The position numbers and the translations under genes are program-made. A model generated the notes under the pieces. It saw nothing but the letters and a program-made list of their open reading frames with translations, was not told where the DNA came from and ran no database searches. A stretch of 63,952 bases of DNA, the filler included, from Neolecta irregularis DAH-3 (Eukaryota): NCBI GenBank assembly GCA_001929475.1. It is 14 parts of 14 records of this genome, joined end to end, with 100 filler letters (N's around TTAATTAATTAA, not from the genome) between each part and the next. Parts side by side here need not be neighbours in the genome. Positions count along the whole stretch, not along the records: positions 7,055 to 23,742 come from LXFE01000182.1; positions 23,843 to 25,067 come from LXFE01002481.1; positions 25,168 to 28,906 come from LXFE01002482.1; 11 more parts are not named here. One strand, given 5' to 3'. Position 1 is the stretch's first letter; every line of letters starts with the position of its first letter. Positions 11,601-25,330 of the stretch are shown in pieces.

Positions 11601-13993
11601 GAATCTGGAGCAATTGTACAATGCGAATCTTGCATCTAAAACTACCTCTGGAAAGCCTCTTACAATCGATAGACGCACATTAAGATCAACTATTGCAGCC
11701 ATGGTGAATGCCCGAAAAATCAATGAAATCAAATTGTCACTGACCGATGCGAAAGGATGTGAGGTAAAGACCAATCTCATCATTGACAGTAAATATGATG
11801 CCCTCGGGCCCGAGGTTAGTGCCTTTCAAGAGAATCTTCGTGATCTTTATCGAAGAAGAAGATTGCTTATCAAGCCAATGAAGAAAATCCAATGCACCAC
11901 TCAAGAAGCCGTCGCTCAGTTGTCCAGACGGCTACAGAAACGAGCAGAAGCTACAGACGAAAGAGCCAATCAAGCCACTCGAGGTTGTCACCTTGATTCA
12001 GAAGCCCAAATTCGAGCGAGAAAGCTTGTTGCTGAGCAAATGAGAACTTTGGAACAACGACAGAAGGCAGCTGAAGAAGAGACACAACAGTCACGTTTCT
12101 TGCTCTCGAAAATTGATACGATAAATCACAAGATCAAACATACACACAGCGAGAAACTTGAGGAACCTCTAATCCCCGGTCAAATTTCATTCAAGCAAGA
12201 TGAATATCAAAACCTACTCGACCTCGCTTTTGCACCCGTGCCTATTTCGTCTCGACCTTCAGGTGAAATGGAAGCGAAAGGACCGAAAGTCAGAAAGCGA
12301 AGAATGCCAATGCTTTTAGCTTCTGACGTTGTATCACCGGTCAACAGAGTTCCATCACGACGCGCATACCAGGACGAAGCGCAAGAGGAGGCTATCCTGG
12401 ACATGAATGATCCGTCCGTCCTTGACCTCAATGAAATTTGTGAGACATCCTCGGTAGAGCACTCTTGACGTTTGTAGACACAAATGTCCCGCTTCCTAGG
12501 AGACGGCATGTTTACGATGACGAAGAGAACCGATTGATTATTCGCCTAGTAATAGCCGCTCGGTGTCTATTCCAATCACATATCATTAAATGGGATATTG
12601 TCAAGAGAGCTATTCCGGCTCGCGAGCGCAATCAGGTCAAGGTTCGGTGGAGTAATCTTCGCAATCAACCATTGTGGAGAACCTATACCGCCCAACAAGC
12701 AAAGCTGTTCCCAGCTGCCTATAGAAAAGGTCTTCAAGAAGGTATTTTTGTGTCACCTAATTTGGAGGATGAAGAGAGCATTGATCTTCTTCCATATATC
12801 AGCTATCTGGAGGAACTTGAGGCGGAAGGACTTGAAGAGTATATCTCGTAACCCGCTCATTTTCTAATCTGCCAGTGAACTAGATGATCAACTGTCAGTC
12901 TTACCGGAAACTATGGAAATCTTGAAAACTCACTTTGACATAACAAAAATCTCAGCAACCGAGAGTTGGCAAGACAAATACGATGCCCTGCTTCCCTACA
13001 GTCATAGAAAGCAATGCTTCGTTGATCATGCGTTCTATATGGCAATAGATCCAGAGATCGAACCTTCGGTCGATGACAGAGATGTTCAGCGCAAGATCAA
13101 GGTGTTATCACATGTTAGGAAGTCTGAAGGAACTGACTAAAAGTCTATCCTCGCTACTCCCCAACATATCTACGAAAAGGATCTAGCCGCAAAGATTTTA
13201 GAGGGTCATACTACACACGACGTGCAAGATGCTATTGATGCGCTATGTTTACGACGTACAGCCGTTCGAATGAAAGCGAACAGTGGGAGGATTGTTCCTG
13301 GTCGAAACTTTCAGCTATCGGAGCAATTCTTTATTTCTTTGATCCCTCAATGGAACCTGAAATTGTCAACACTTTCCAACTTCCAGCGGCTCATATTGGA
13401 AGCATTCAAGAAAGGACGAGCGAGTATTCCATTTTCACCCTTATCAAACGATAGTACAGTTGCTTCCATTCTGAACCTGGTTGCGTCACGAAAGGTAGCA
13501 CCAATATCTGAAATATATGTACTGATATATAGATTCGAATCCAGCCCGCTGAGGAATTTTTTGAAAATATGGATGCTGCAGACAGTGGATATCAACGTTA
13601 TGGTATAACGACCCTTCGAATCTGACTTACGTCCCAGATCGCGAGCAACATGATTTTGGGGTTGTCATCAAACGCGGAGAGTCATATATCTCGGATGAAG
13701 GAATGTCACAAGACCAGAGCAAGGTCCAGGAAGATCACCATTATGTATGGACAAATCTCGCAAAAGAACGCATCCCTGCGATGTGGAAAAAGGTGGACGA
13801 TCGTGTAATTTCTCTAGTTGTGGGTCATCCTGGAATATCAAAGGCTCGGATCGCCAACCAAGTGTCTGTTTCCCTGGATGGTGCTGAACTAGGTCGAATT
13901 CTTCAAGGAATGCTCGAGCAGAATCGAATATCTTCCCGGGTGATATCAAATAATTCTTATTATTTTTCTACAGAGTTTTGGTATATCTTGTAA
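8675..13993 (+). CDS. TFC3: RNA Pol III transcription factor TFIIIC B-block-binding subunit (Tfc3/Sfc3/tau138), about 13 introns
   Basis: Spliced N-terminus MDNLITYIVNEITYEGPNGCLLSQLWSFI...VLDDALRSLIWKYLL; winged-helix B-block region GRSQGMPQTKIAAMTGQEPRSFPSRVKALVHAGLI; FREIDGHGKTSFYRY; AT-hooks RGRPRK/KGRPRK; C-terminal wHTH (VISLVVGHPGI...FWYIL*). Confidence 0.85.
8759..8924 (+). promoter_or_regulatory. Pol III A box and paired inverted B boxes inside TFC3 intron 1
   Basis: A box TGGTGGAATGG 8759-8769; B box GGTTCGAATCT 8914-8924; opposite-strand GGTTCGAAATA 8854-8864; all within intron 8730-8947. Confidence 0.6.
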
Positions 13994-14301
13994 TTAAATA
14001 GGCCATGGGCCCATGATAGAATGAGGAATGCAACATATTTTCATATCCCGATTGTTTCTCAGAACCTCGACGATGAGAGCCAAGTTGAATCAATACTCAA
14101 CTTCCTATTGGAGAATATTATTGAAGGTGCTCCAGTAAAATTCCGTGGTGTAGTAGCATGATTGCTCGTGCTGAAGTTAAGATTTATATAAGAAACATTA
14201 AACGAGAGATAAAACAAAACACTTTTCTATATTCAAGTTTCCTATCACAATTAACTCCATAAGTCTTATTAGTACACAGAAACCCTAGATTACTTATATG
14301 G

Positions 14302-16378
14302 CTATATCCTATTGCGACCTTGTTCACGAAGGTAATCATATGCCCATAGCCAGCCTAATGACTCAATCTTACTGATAACCGAGAATCTACTGATTAAACT
14401 TGGAGTGAGACGACGCTCCTTCCGAAGCTCATCGATGACATCGCAAGCAGGTTGGGTATGTTCGTTGTGAACCAATTCGGGAATTTCGCAAATCACGTGA
14501 TATGCATTGTCGATTAGAGACCAAGCTTCCAAATCCTTCGAAGCAGTGATGATTAGTTCGCTCCCCAGTACAACAGTGGCAAGAAATGGCATCGACATCA
14601 TCCAGGTGGCCCCTAGCCATCTGTAGGACTCGATATCGTCAGCCTTAGAGTGCAAGAGATGGATTGCTTTCAATAGACGCTTTGCTGAGGACACGATGCG
14701 TTCTCGAGACAACTTATTTTGCCGATTTTGAAGGAAGGGAAGATGAATGCAAAAGTAAAGCCGTGGAATAATGGAATCGAATACAATTCCTCTCCATACC
14801 ATTTCAGGTGCACCACTGCTATTCTGAAAGGTCAATTCATTGAGAGCAGTGGATTCTGCTTTCTGCAGTTCAGCATCTAATGCGATGATTCGAGTGAAAG
14901 ACAAGGGTCTGACAGACCGTATCTCTCGGGAAACAGGTCCCAAGAATGTGATCAATTTTGAAAGATAGATATTCCACATGACGTTCGAGCAGTCATGTTC
15001 ACTACGACCATCCAGGGCAACATCATACGAAGGATCAAGGCAGTCGTAGTCACCAGGGTGAATTTGAGAAGGAAGCCCTTCTCCCCATGCATTTGAACTT
15101 GTCAATCAGCCTCATGAAAGGAAGAGAAGAGACTACGGCCTTACGTTTCACAGACAACAATGCACATCCACAGGCGCCGCCGGAATTCCCAGTCTTTCTG
15201 TGGCAACCCAATGTTGGCAGGATCACGGTGAAGCCTGACCAATAAGCAAAGCCCTATGTTAAATAAATATACCCGAGACTTTGAGCAATATGCACAAGCA
15301 TTCCCGTATTCATCCATACCACAGCTAGGCAACGTTAGCAGATCCCAGGATAAAACCAACGTACACTTAGGTGCAATATCAACATTCAGCTGATTTACAA
15401 GCAATGCTTGCACTACATCCAAATCATAATTTTCCATGAACTTTCCCACCTCCAGAACTTCCTTCATTCCTTGTTTTAGCGCGAGTCGATATGCTGATCT
15501 TTCCATATTTACAGCGGAAAGGACTTTTAAAATATCCGGGTGATCATCACGAAAATATGTACGAAGACTAGCGGATAAGATTGACAAAAGAAGTGCGAGC
15601 CAAAAGGGCCGATTAGCCTCTGGAAGAACATCACCGTGAGTGAGGTAGAAACGTTTCCAAAAGCTTTCATGTTCGCGACGAAATGATGGTAAATGAATGT
15701 TGAATCTCAAGAAGGAATTGGCGGTTTCGAAATGATTGATCAGAATATCACAGATGAGTTTTGATGGAACAAGTGTTTTGACAAGGTGGTCAAAGACCCC
15801 GCGCTGATGCTCTTGTAATGTCTCGCTATATCTTCCCGGTCGGATGCGAGCAGGAAGACATCGATAGATCTATGCTTAGAGCGGGCCATGAAAAGTGATG
15901 AATACGTTTTGGGTGGCGGCCGACCTACTATGATATCGAGCTCCAGTGGCCTGGTCTGTCGAAAAGTCACCAAAAGCTCGAACTGCCATCAAAACCTTGG
16001 CATCTCTTGCATTACTTTCCCTAGGAAAGATATTAGAATTTGACGAATGGGATTTTGAGATATCCTGTAAACGAGAAGCATTGAGTTGTCGTAACCGAGC
16101 AATTTCTCTTTCTGCGGCATATAACCGTTGTTCGATCTCGCTATTGTCGACTAGGATCACGCTACTACGCGATCAGAGGTGCTATTCAACTACGAGACCC
16201 ACGGATCCTCGTAGACACATTCCTCCTCACGACGAAGACAGGCCTTGAGCTTTTAGTCCACAACATATCACGGTGGAATTAATACCTCGCAGGGCTGATG
16301 ACGATCACATTTTGACTTTTTGACCCTGCAGCCCTCACAGCTCTGTGGAGTTCTTTTACGCTTGTATTGGCCAGACAT
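14302..16378 (-). CDS. Zn(II)2Cys6 transcription factor with fungal-specific TF (middle homology) domain, 6 introns
   Basis: MSGQYKRKRTPQSCEGCRVKKSKCDRHQPCE|ACLRREEECVY; GLHRDP...EFRRRLWMCI. Confidence 0.92.
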
Positions 16379-19300
16379 CACCACTGTAATGCTTAGAATA
16401 ATGATATGCCAATAGTCGGAGATACGTAAGCAATAGACAAGAAAGGAGGAAGGCTGATGTGTTGAAGAAAAAAACGAGCATACGACCTAGTTTTGAAGAG
16501 GCGGAAAGAACTAGTCTTCGGTTCAAGCGGTCTTCCGGACCTCAATACTGCCAGTTTTATGGTCGAGGCAGGTTCATTGGTCGGTCTTACAATTTGTCCG
16601 ACCTGTATAAGTGGCTCCGAGGCTGTCGCATTGGTGCTTGCAGATCCTTGTGAAGGCCGATTAAGCGCGTTTCCTATTCTCAAAGATGAAATGGCAACCC
16701 TGGCGAGTCTAACTGGTGTTGGCTCTAAGCGGAGTTTGACCACCAGGTTTCATTTTGCAGCGTCATCGTGGAGAATTGAAAGTTCAAATGAGCCGTAAGT
16801 CGGCACAATCGCTCGATGTCGTCAAATTAGACCACAAATGTCGAAGGGGTACATTTATGATATGTTTGAGGCCCGTAGAAAGTTTCCAGTTATGGTATCT
16901 GATCCCGGTCGGCCTAAGGACTCATACTGAAAATGACTGGGTTTTCAACAAGCAAGACTAACTGCACTTCAACCCTTTCGGGAGTCAGCTGGTGGTCTGT
17001 ACAGAAAAAGCTATGCTCGAATTCCTCAGCCAGTATATATCAAGCAAGGGAAATCGAAGGATGCTGTATTCTACTAGACCGATTCATCCTTACCTATGAG
17101 GTTGAAAGAAAGCACCACTGTATGATGGTGAACTGAGAGAAGTCCGCATAGAAGAGATGAGAAGTATTCATAGAATCAAAGTCTGATTTCTAGCTTCACG
17201 ATCAACCTCTTCGATGAAACGTTTAGCGATGTTCTGAAAAGATTATGATTGCCCTCCGCTTGATAATGAATACAGAGGATTGCCGTCCATCCCTAATTCA
17301 AACAGCCTCTTGAACTAGGTCTCAAGTCGTGAAACTGGATTGATTCTGCTCAACAGTTTCAAAGACAAAATGTTTACTCCAAGATATTAAAGGTCAACGC
17401 CTTCAAAAACGTGGCTTGGGGGAGCTAGGGTAAGCGCCAATACATATTGTCGAACGATTGACGTTGCTATCGTAAACCTGAAGTCGGATGACTTCACTAA
17501 ATCGCCAGGAGGCGTTAGTATGAAACACCGAAGAAATGCTCGAATTAGACATAGTCCAGTCCCTAGGGCAATGTTCCCTAATTTTCCCTTTCTCCTTAAC
17601 ATAGCTCCGACGATCCGTTATTCTTCCGGCAGTTTCAGCCTACTCATTTGTCAGCACTGGAGCAAAATACGAAAAACCACATCAGGAAACATTCCATCTT
17701 TATCTCAAAATTCCTCCAAGGAACCCCACGCTCCATGTCTGATAAAGGTGGCGTAAAGAGCAGGCGGCACAAATTTTTATCCTAATGCAAGCACGTAAAT
17801 ATGTTTCACAGCTCGCTCTCTTCTGTTAACAGCATGCATTTGCTATCCGCTGAACATCTTTATAACTATAGACATTTCGCAGAGCTTTTATCTTCATATA
17901 CTACTTGGAGGATAAGAGCCATGGCCTCTGTCCCACGTGGCGTTATCGCTCGTATCGCCCAAACTGGCCCCAATTTTCCTGTTTTTTATTTTTTCGTCTG
18001 TTGCTTCCTAACTCATTATTCTCTTAGTTTACTATTTGAAACCTTATTCGCATTCTAATATCCCAGATCACCTGCCTTTAGCCTCAGAGTTCACAGGTCT
18101 GGGCCCTCATGTAATTCCGAAGGCCAAACAGTCCGTTCCTCATTATTCAAAAGCGATACACTCCCAGAATGGCTGGAAATCAGAATACTTGCATGATGGA
18201 TTTTTATTATCTTTCATGTCCATCCTGCTCACGCTCTTGGGCCTCAAACGCTCCTATTTTGGCTAGGATATCACATAACCGAATACGAGATCTCTTGATT
18301 ATCGGTTCTTAGAATCTCTCTGTTTCTAATGATTGCCAGCAGAACGACATTCTATGTCGTCATTTTGAATTACGGCCCTATTCCTGTTTCCAGACATCGG
18401 AAAGTCCCATGTAGGAATACCACCAAGCGCGCATTTTATCAGATTCAAAGTTAGAGGGGGGAGCTAGTTCATCTTTTGGACGGATTCCTAGAACCAGTTA
18501 GAACCAGCAAAGGCCAAGTGCTGAGATTACTCAGATAACGGAGTATCCTATCCTTGTACATATCACTTACATTGCAGATGTGATAGCAGAAAGAATCATG
18601 ACACTCGTTGAGTGTCGCTGCTGCCAGTAACAATTCACTAAACCTGTACAATAGTCATGCCAGTGATCATTTCCAACAATATTTACAATATGACACAATA
18701 TCTTCCATCTTTCATATTTAATAACAAATTAGTCATCCCGATCAACGAGTATGAATGTATGATTCCTTAAAATCCCCAAATTCGAAACATTCCAACTGGA
18801 AAGGCAGTCCGGATAGGGTGATACCCGTCGTATCCACATCTCCGTGCACAGAGAGTAACTGTCGAAGGACCATAGGAAATAATCGAAGACATCATGAAGG
18901 AATATTTAACGACTCTTTTTCTTGAGGGAGAGGACTAGGGCGAAAGCCCTTATATAGTTCCGGCAGGGTCGCTACATGTAGGACTCTGAAGAATGAAGAT
19001 GAATGTGAAGTATGTCTACAATTGTCTTGCGAGACAGTTGAAGAGTAGATCTATGAAGACCCCTTTGTATGCATGAATGACCATCTTTTTGGGAAATGTC
19101 TCAGGACATTGTTCGGTATTTCAGAAGCATATTCTCCAGGTTCAAAGGCCATTGCCAGAGAAATAACGCTAGCCGCGCCGAGAGGACGGGCTGTGATTAT
19201 TTTATGAAGGAACAGTCGTTTTGGAATCGCATATTGTTAGGAAGTGTTCGGATGAATTAATTTTCAGGAATCGACTGGTCAGAGAACCAGAGCCTACTCG

Positions 19301-20192
19301 TCAAACTAAATCAAACTATCAGTTTTAATGATTTCTTGATCTGCAATGACATGTACATTCGATAAAGCAAAAAAAATAATCAGACAATAAAAGTGAGGGC
19401 AATGAAAAACTTGGTTTTTCATTGAAGTAGGCTAGTACATGTGTTCCGCGCGAAACGTAAAATCCGCGAAAGGCAAAGGGAAATAACCACCGCCATGAAT
19501 GAAGTCGACCTTTTTAAGACATGAACAGACACGCAAGATCCATAGCATGTAAATGTTAGAGAGGAAAGAGAACACATCTATTATTGCATCACTGAGGAAT
19601 TCCACATGGAAAATCAAGGAACTGTCAAAAGATGAAAGTATTCTCTGATTCAATGCAAGATATTGTACAAAGTAGATTCTGACAGTTCCCATAATTCTGC
19701 AAGCTATATTTGATTTACATGAGATCCGAAAAACTTTGCAGCGTCATACGATTAGCTGATGGTGCAGCTCTCCTTGTAGACTTGCCAATGGGGAGGATGT
19801 GGGGGTGGATTCTTAGGATCGAAACGTTTTTCATTGACGATTTGTTGGTTTTCTTTGAGCATTGTAGAATTAACTAGCATCGTAGAACTGATGAGCCGAA
19901 AGACGACAAGAGAGGGGTCTATATAGACAAGCGAGATAATGGATACAAGCCACCTATTGTCCGTTTGAGTCAAATTTCGAGGTCTCGCGAATTCCAAGAC
20001 ACACAAAATGGATTTTGAAATCAGAAAGAATGCCAAGTTAATCTCAGAAAGGAATGCCATTCATATAAATGGCGAAAAAGGAAGTTCAAAATAATAACGA
20101 TAGCTCTGTGGTTCATGAAAATAATGAATAAAGGCGATCAGAAATGATGATGTTTCGACAATCAGCAGAGGTATATTCAATATCCAAATCGT

Positions 20193-21345
20193 CTAATCAA
20201 ACAAGCCAAATGCCATGTCCTCATCAGACTCCTCTTCTTCCTCAGCAGGCTTGTCTTCCGGCTTAGCAGACCCGAAGGGTTCAGCCGCAGCAGCTGGAGC
20301 GGCCATGGCGAAGGCAGATGGATTAGCAAGATAGCCCTTGATCTAGAGTTGTTGTCAGTCGTGTTTGATAAAGGAGAAAGAGGGGTACGGGGTCAGTAAA
20401 AAATTAGAGTATAGATTTTAGACATCACATTTCAGGTTAAAAGAAACATCATTCCGCCGTACGAATAGAATAAAACATACCTGTTCGCTGCCGTCAAATG
20501 TATAATCTGTCGCAATACTAACGCCGAGGACATTCTTGTAAGAGTTGACGAGAGAATGCATAACTGAGACAAGAGTGGGGTAACCTGTAGCAAGAGAGAT
20601 CGAGGCGATAGTGGTCACGGCACTGAGGAAGTGGGAGATCAGAGTATCTTCGGTGATATCGAGGATCGCGGGATTGAAGACTTGGCCACTGTCAAAAATT
20701 TGCTCTACAGTCTAAGCAAGTTACTATTGGGTGTTTTTGAGAGGGAGAGGAACCATTCCGTAGGTGAACGGAGAGATGTTGAGCATATTGAGCAAAGTTG
20801 CTTCTGAGGGACCAACTTTGTTGCCTGCTTGACAAATGTGTACCTGCGAGATGATTTCAATGGTTCCTCTAGAGATCTTTGTAGATATTCCAAGTGCCTG
20901 GAAGAAATTGGTCTTCTCAGGACCCATTCCGGTGTTTCCGGGAGGGATATAGACATCTAACGGAGCGATTGCGCCTGATCGTGCAGGAGCGAGGAGTCTA
21001 TTGGAGACGATTTTCTCTCTGATGACTTTGAGATCGCCGTTGGTGAAGACGAAGCCAACATTTCCGCGGACATAGGGCAGAAGACGTTCGAATTGGGGGA
21101 GTTCGTCCATAAAGTCACGAATTGCCCTTCTGACCATGGTGTTCTTGCCCATGAGGAGCTTTGCCTCTCCTCTGAGGGACTTGCGGATCTGGTGGAGCTG
21201 GTTCGACGATACATTATCGACGCTATCTGGTCAACGGGAGGTGTATGATGGGAAGATGCGTGACAACTAAGATGGACTTGTATTCCTTGAGGTAGGAGCG
21301 GAGTCTGACAAAGTATTCAGACTTTTTTTCTTTTGTGGCCCCCAT
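20193..21345 (-). CDS. RPP0: 60S acidic ribosomal protein P0 (uL10), 3 introns
   Basis: [48 protein letters not shown], acidic tail [14 protein letters not shown]. Confidence 0.97.
20385..20462 (-). ncRNA. Intronic box C/D snoRNA in RPP0 intron 3
   Basis: Minus strand: stem GTACGG, C box ATGATG, D' CTGA, C' GTGATGT, guide ACTCTAATTTTTT, D box CTGA, stem CCGTAC; host intron 20343-20480 is 138 nt versus about 35 nt typical. Confidence 0.8.
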
Positions 21346-21414
21346 TCTAGCTATGTGCGGTCTGCAGACTAGATGGATATTTCAGGCGAAGACGGTGGGT
21401 GGGTCGAAAAATGC

Positions 21415-21422
21415 TGTGACTG
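21415..21422 (-). promoter_or_regulatory. Homol-D box (CAGTCACA) upstream of RPP0
   Basis: Exact TGTGACTG/CAGTCACA 70 nt upstream of the RPP0 ATG; the known fission-yeast ribosomal protein promoter element. Confidence 0.75.
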
Positions 21423-21637
21423 CTCAAGCACATGGCGGACACATACCGCACTCCACCATACATTGCAAGCGGCTATTCTGCTCGAGAAGCACAGATAGAA
21501 GAGAATGTACCTCCATAAATGTAGCTGCATCTGCGAAAGAAGCGCGGCGAAGACGGTGGAAGACGCGTCTGCACTTATAACGCCGGTTTGGCAAACTGCA
21601 AGACCAGCAGCAACCACCCAACCACCATTTCTCGCCC

Positions 21638-23032
21638 ATGGTCAAAGACACAAAGGTACTCCTGCGTCCTCTTTTCCAGACTTCTTTGTCTAATTGCCAG
21701 TACTACGACAACCTGGGTATCTCGCCTGGCGCCTCTGATACCGACATCAAAAAGGCCTATCGTAAATTGGCCTTGAAATACCATCCTGACAAGGCACCCT
21801 TACCTCCTTTGGATCACCGTTTCTGATCCTTGCAGAACCCTGATGATCCCCACAAATTCAAGGAAATTTCTCACGCTTACGAAATCCTCTCAGACCCGGA
21901 GAAGCGCTCACTCTACGATCAGTATGGTGAGGACGGCCTTTCCAACAAAGGCGGCATGGGTGGCATGGATGCCGAGGACCTCTTTGCCCAATTCTTTGGT
22001 GGAGGCTTCCACGGCACTAGAAATCGCGGCCCACCTCGTGGCAAAGATCTCGTTCACCCCATAAAAGTCACCCTCGAAGATCTGTATAGGGGTAAAGTCT
22101 CAAAATTGGCCCTGCAAAAGAATGTCATCTGCAAGACTTGCGATGGAAGAGGCGCGAAAGAGGGTTGTGTGAAGAAATGCGCTCACTGTGGCGGAAACGG
22201 CGTCAAAATTGTTCATCGACAACTCGGCCCAATGATCCAGAGAGTTCAGATGCAATGTCAAGACTGCGAAGCTTCAGGCGAGGTCATCGCCAATAAAGAT
22301 CGTTGTAAAACCTGTCATGCAAAGAAAGTTGTCTCTGAAAGAAAAATTCTCGAGGTTTTCTTTTGCCTACTTTTGCTCTGCTTTGCTGAATAATATAGGT
22401 CCATATCGACAAGGGTATGTCTGCAAGCGCGCAGGTTCGATTCCAGGGAGAAGGAGATCAAGCACCTGGTCTCATTCCTGGCGATGTCATCTTTGTTCTC
22501 GATGTCGCCCCTCATCCTCGTTTCACTCGCAAAAACGACGATCTTTTCTATGTTGCAAAGATCGATCTTCTGACTGCTCTTGCAGGTGGAGAGATTTATA
22601 TTGAGCATCTTGATGAGCGCTGGTTAAGGATTCCTATTCTCGCCGGCGAAGCAATCAAACCTGGTGAAATCAAAGTTGTTGAATTTGAAGGAATGCCGGT
22701 TCAGCGGCATCATAATAATGGGCAATTATATATTCGGTTTGACGTCGAATTTCCTGAGTTCGGCCCCTTCTTCCAGTACAACACTAACTGGGGATAGTCC
22801 ATATTGGACCAAAACTCAAACAATTTCCCTTCTGGAATCCATCCTGCCTCCGCGAAAGACCGACATCCATCTCCCACCTAAAAAAGCGGTTGTCGATGAA
22901 GTTGTTCTGGGTAATGTCGATCCCATGCAACAAGCCCGGGCAAGGGGTGCTGCAAATGGCGATAGTAAAATGGATGTTGATGATGGTGATGAAGAAGGTG
23001 GACAACCAGGTGTTCAATGCGCCCAAAGTTAA
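21638..23032 (+). CDS. YDJ1: Type I DnaJ/Hsp40 chaperone Ydj1/Mas5, 4 introns
   Basis: J domain KYHPDK, G/F region, four zinc-finger repeats ([32 protein letters not shown]), CaaX tail CAQS*. Confidence 0.96.
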
Positions 23033-23842
23033 CTGGTGTATGCCGTTGACAATGGCGATAAAGGCGGGCAGCCAGGGGTTCAATTTGCTCAAAGTTAAAC
23101 TTTTGTTTTTCTTTCTTTTGATGGGTTGTTCGGCGATGATAGAAATGGCTTGACTTGCAAATATATATCAAATAGAGTTTTGCTCCTTCCTCACCCCAGC
23201 CTGCTATATAATACATTTCTAGTTCTTCGCCAAGGTTACTCAGAGTAAAGGTGTTGCATCAACAGCGTAGCTTCCCCTCCCTTTATGGGCGACAAAACAG
23301 CGACATCAGTGCTTGACTCTAAATTATTTCATCATCGCAACCTTTCTTTTTCCCATTGACAAATCCATAGTTTCTTTTTCAAAAACACAGATCATGTAAC
23401 TGAATTGGATATACCAATTAAACCACACAATCCAAGCTTCCATAAAAAAAAACAACCCCACAATCACAAGAGTAAGCCCCATCGAGTTTTAAAACTGCAT
23501 GACTATCACTCAGGACGAAAAAGGCCGCCCCAAGGGATGCTCATCTCTTTGCGTGCAAGGGGAGGACAAGCCGTTTTTACACGGCAGTCTTGGGACTACT
23601 ATATGTCCGGGGACTTTCCCCCGAGCTTTCTTCAAATTTTCCCTCCGAAATTGGGGGAAAAAAGCGTGGGTATGCTCGGATGCAGTCCTTTGTGTTTGTG
23701 ATGGGTGTTAAGTGGAAGAAGTTTTCAACATGCCTGTTGTTANNNNNNNNNNNNNNNNNNNNNNNNNNNNNNNNNNNNNNNNNNNNTTAATTAATTAANN
23801 NNNNNNNNNNNNNNNNNNNNNNNNNNNNNNNNNNNNNNNNNN

Positions 23843-25067
23843 ATTTTATGTACCTCAAGGAGTTGCAAATGACCTTATAAGGTCTTTCAGTGCTGATAAA
23901 TTCAAGAGTAAGGTTGTTAAATGGATAACTACCAGAAATCATCCTCTACGAGAGGTGGAAACTCCTGAATTTCATGAAATGATAGCAGCTGCCAATATTG
24001 ATGCCAAACCTCATATTTTTGCGAATCACCAATCAATTCGAGATCATATTCTCTCTGAATACCACTGCAACAAAGGGATAATCACTGAACATCTAGCACA
24101 AGCTCAATCAAAGATTCATATTACATTTGATAGCTGGACTACTCGTAGTGGACAGCATGCTCTCACTGGTATATGTGTCCACTACCTTGATGATCAGGGT
24201 CAAGTTCGAGACTATTTGCTTGCCCTACCAGAGCAGCTAGGACAGCATTTTGGTATTAACTATGCTGAAGTTATTGGCAATGTAATTGCTGAGTATAACC
24301 TCATGGATCGTATTGGCTACTTTGTTTCTGATAATGCCAGAAACAATGACACCTGTTTAAACCACCTTGCTGTGGAATTTGGCTTCAATAAAAAGGAGTG
24401 ACGGCTCCGTTGTGCAGCTCATATCCTCAACCTTGTTGCTCAATCTATTCTATGGGGAAAAGACAAAGATGCTTTTGACAATGAGAATAAGAATATACCT
24501 GTAAGCTAATCCTATCAGTAATACAAATAACTTTATATCTAATTCTATATAGGATGAGGAGAAATTCTTAAAGGAGTGGCAAAAGGAAGGCCCACTTGGT
24601 ACACTTATTGATATCCTGTTTTCAATCAATACCCCATTCAAGCATGAGCTTTTCAATAGTTACCAGGTTGCTGAAAATAATCTACTACCGAAGAATGAAT
24701 TTATACCTCTCAACATAATTAAACCAGTCAAAACTAGATGGAATGCATTTCTTGATTCTTTTGAACAAGCAATCCAACTACGTGGCCCTATCGATTCATT
24801 TGTGCAATATCATATCAATAAGTGGCAGAGAGAAACAGCTTCATTACGGGTGAAAGGAAAGACAATCCCCAAACCATCGCTTTATATTCAACTTGGAGGC
24901 CTTAACTCGTATGATTGGGATGTTATTAGCAACTATATTGCAATCCTACAACTACTCAAGGAAGCTACCAAGAAACTTGAAGCCAGAGGCAGAGCTGGTC
25001 GTCATGGAGCTATCTGGGAGGTTATTCCAATAATGGATTGGCTGCTAAGGACATTTGAAGAAGGAGT
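23843..25067 (+). mobile_element. hAT-family transposase, partial and inactivated
   Basis: IHITFDSWTT, GYFVSDNARNND, RCAAHILNLVAQ (CxxH), KTRWNA, LKEATKKLE; in-frame TGA at 24399-24401; one intron about 24501-24552; truncated by linkers. Confidence 0.92.
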
Positions 25068-25253
25068 NNNNNNNNNNNNNNNNNNNNNNNNNNNNNNNNN
25101 NNNNNNNNNNNTTAATTAATTAANNNNNNNNNNNNNNNNNNNNNNNNNNNNNNNNNNNNNNNNNNNNTTCCTACCACCTACCTATAACTCTATATTTCAT
25201 GTTGGACAACTCCAGGGGACGTAATCAGGCCCCAAGATCCGACAGGCTGTCGG

Positions 25254-25330
25254 GACTTACTTGCTTACTTGCTTATAAACAAGTAAGCAAGCAAGTCTGA
25301 CTTGAACGACTTACTTGTTAGTAAGTCTGG
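25254..25330. repeat. Palindromic GACTTG/CAAGT subterminal repeat (family A)
   Basis: CTTGCTTACTTGCTTATAAACAAGTAAGCAAG hairpin; related copies at 26584-26720, 28345-28510, 36570-36700, 45185-45290. Confidence 0.85.
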
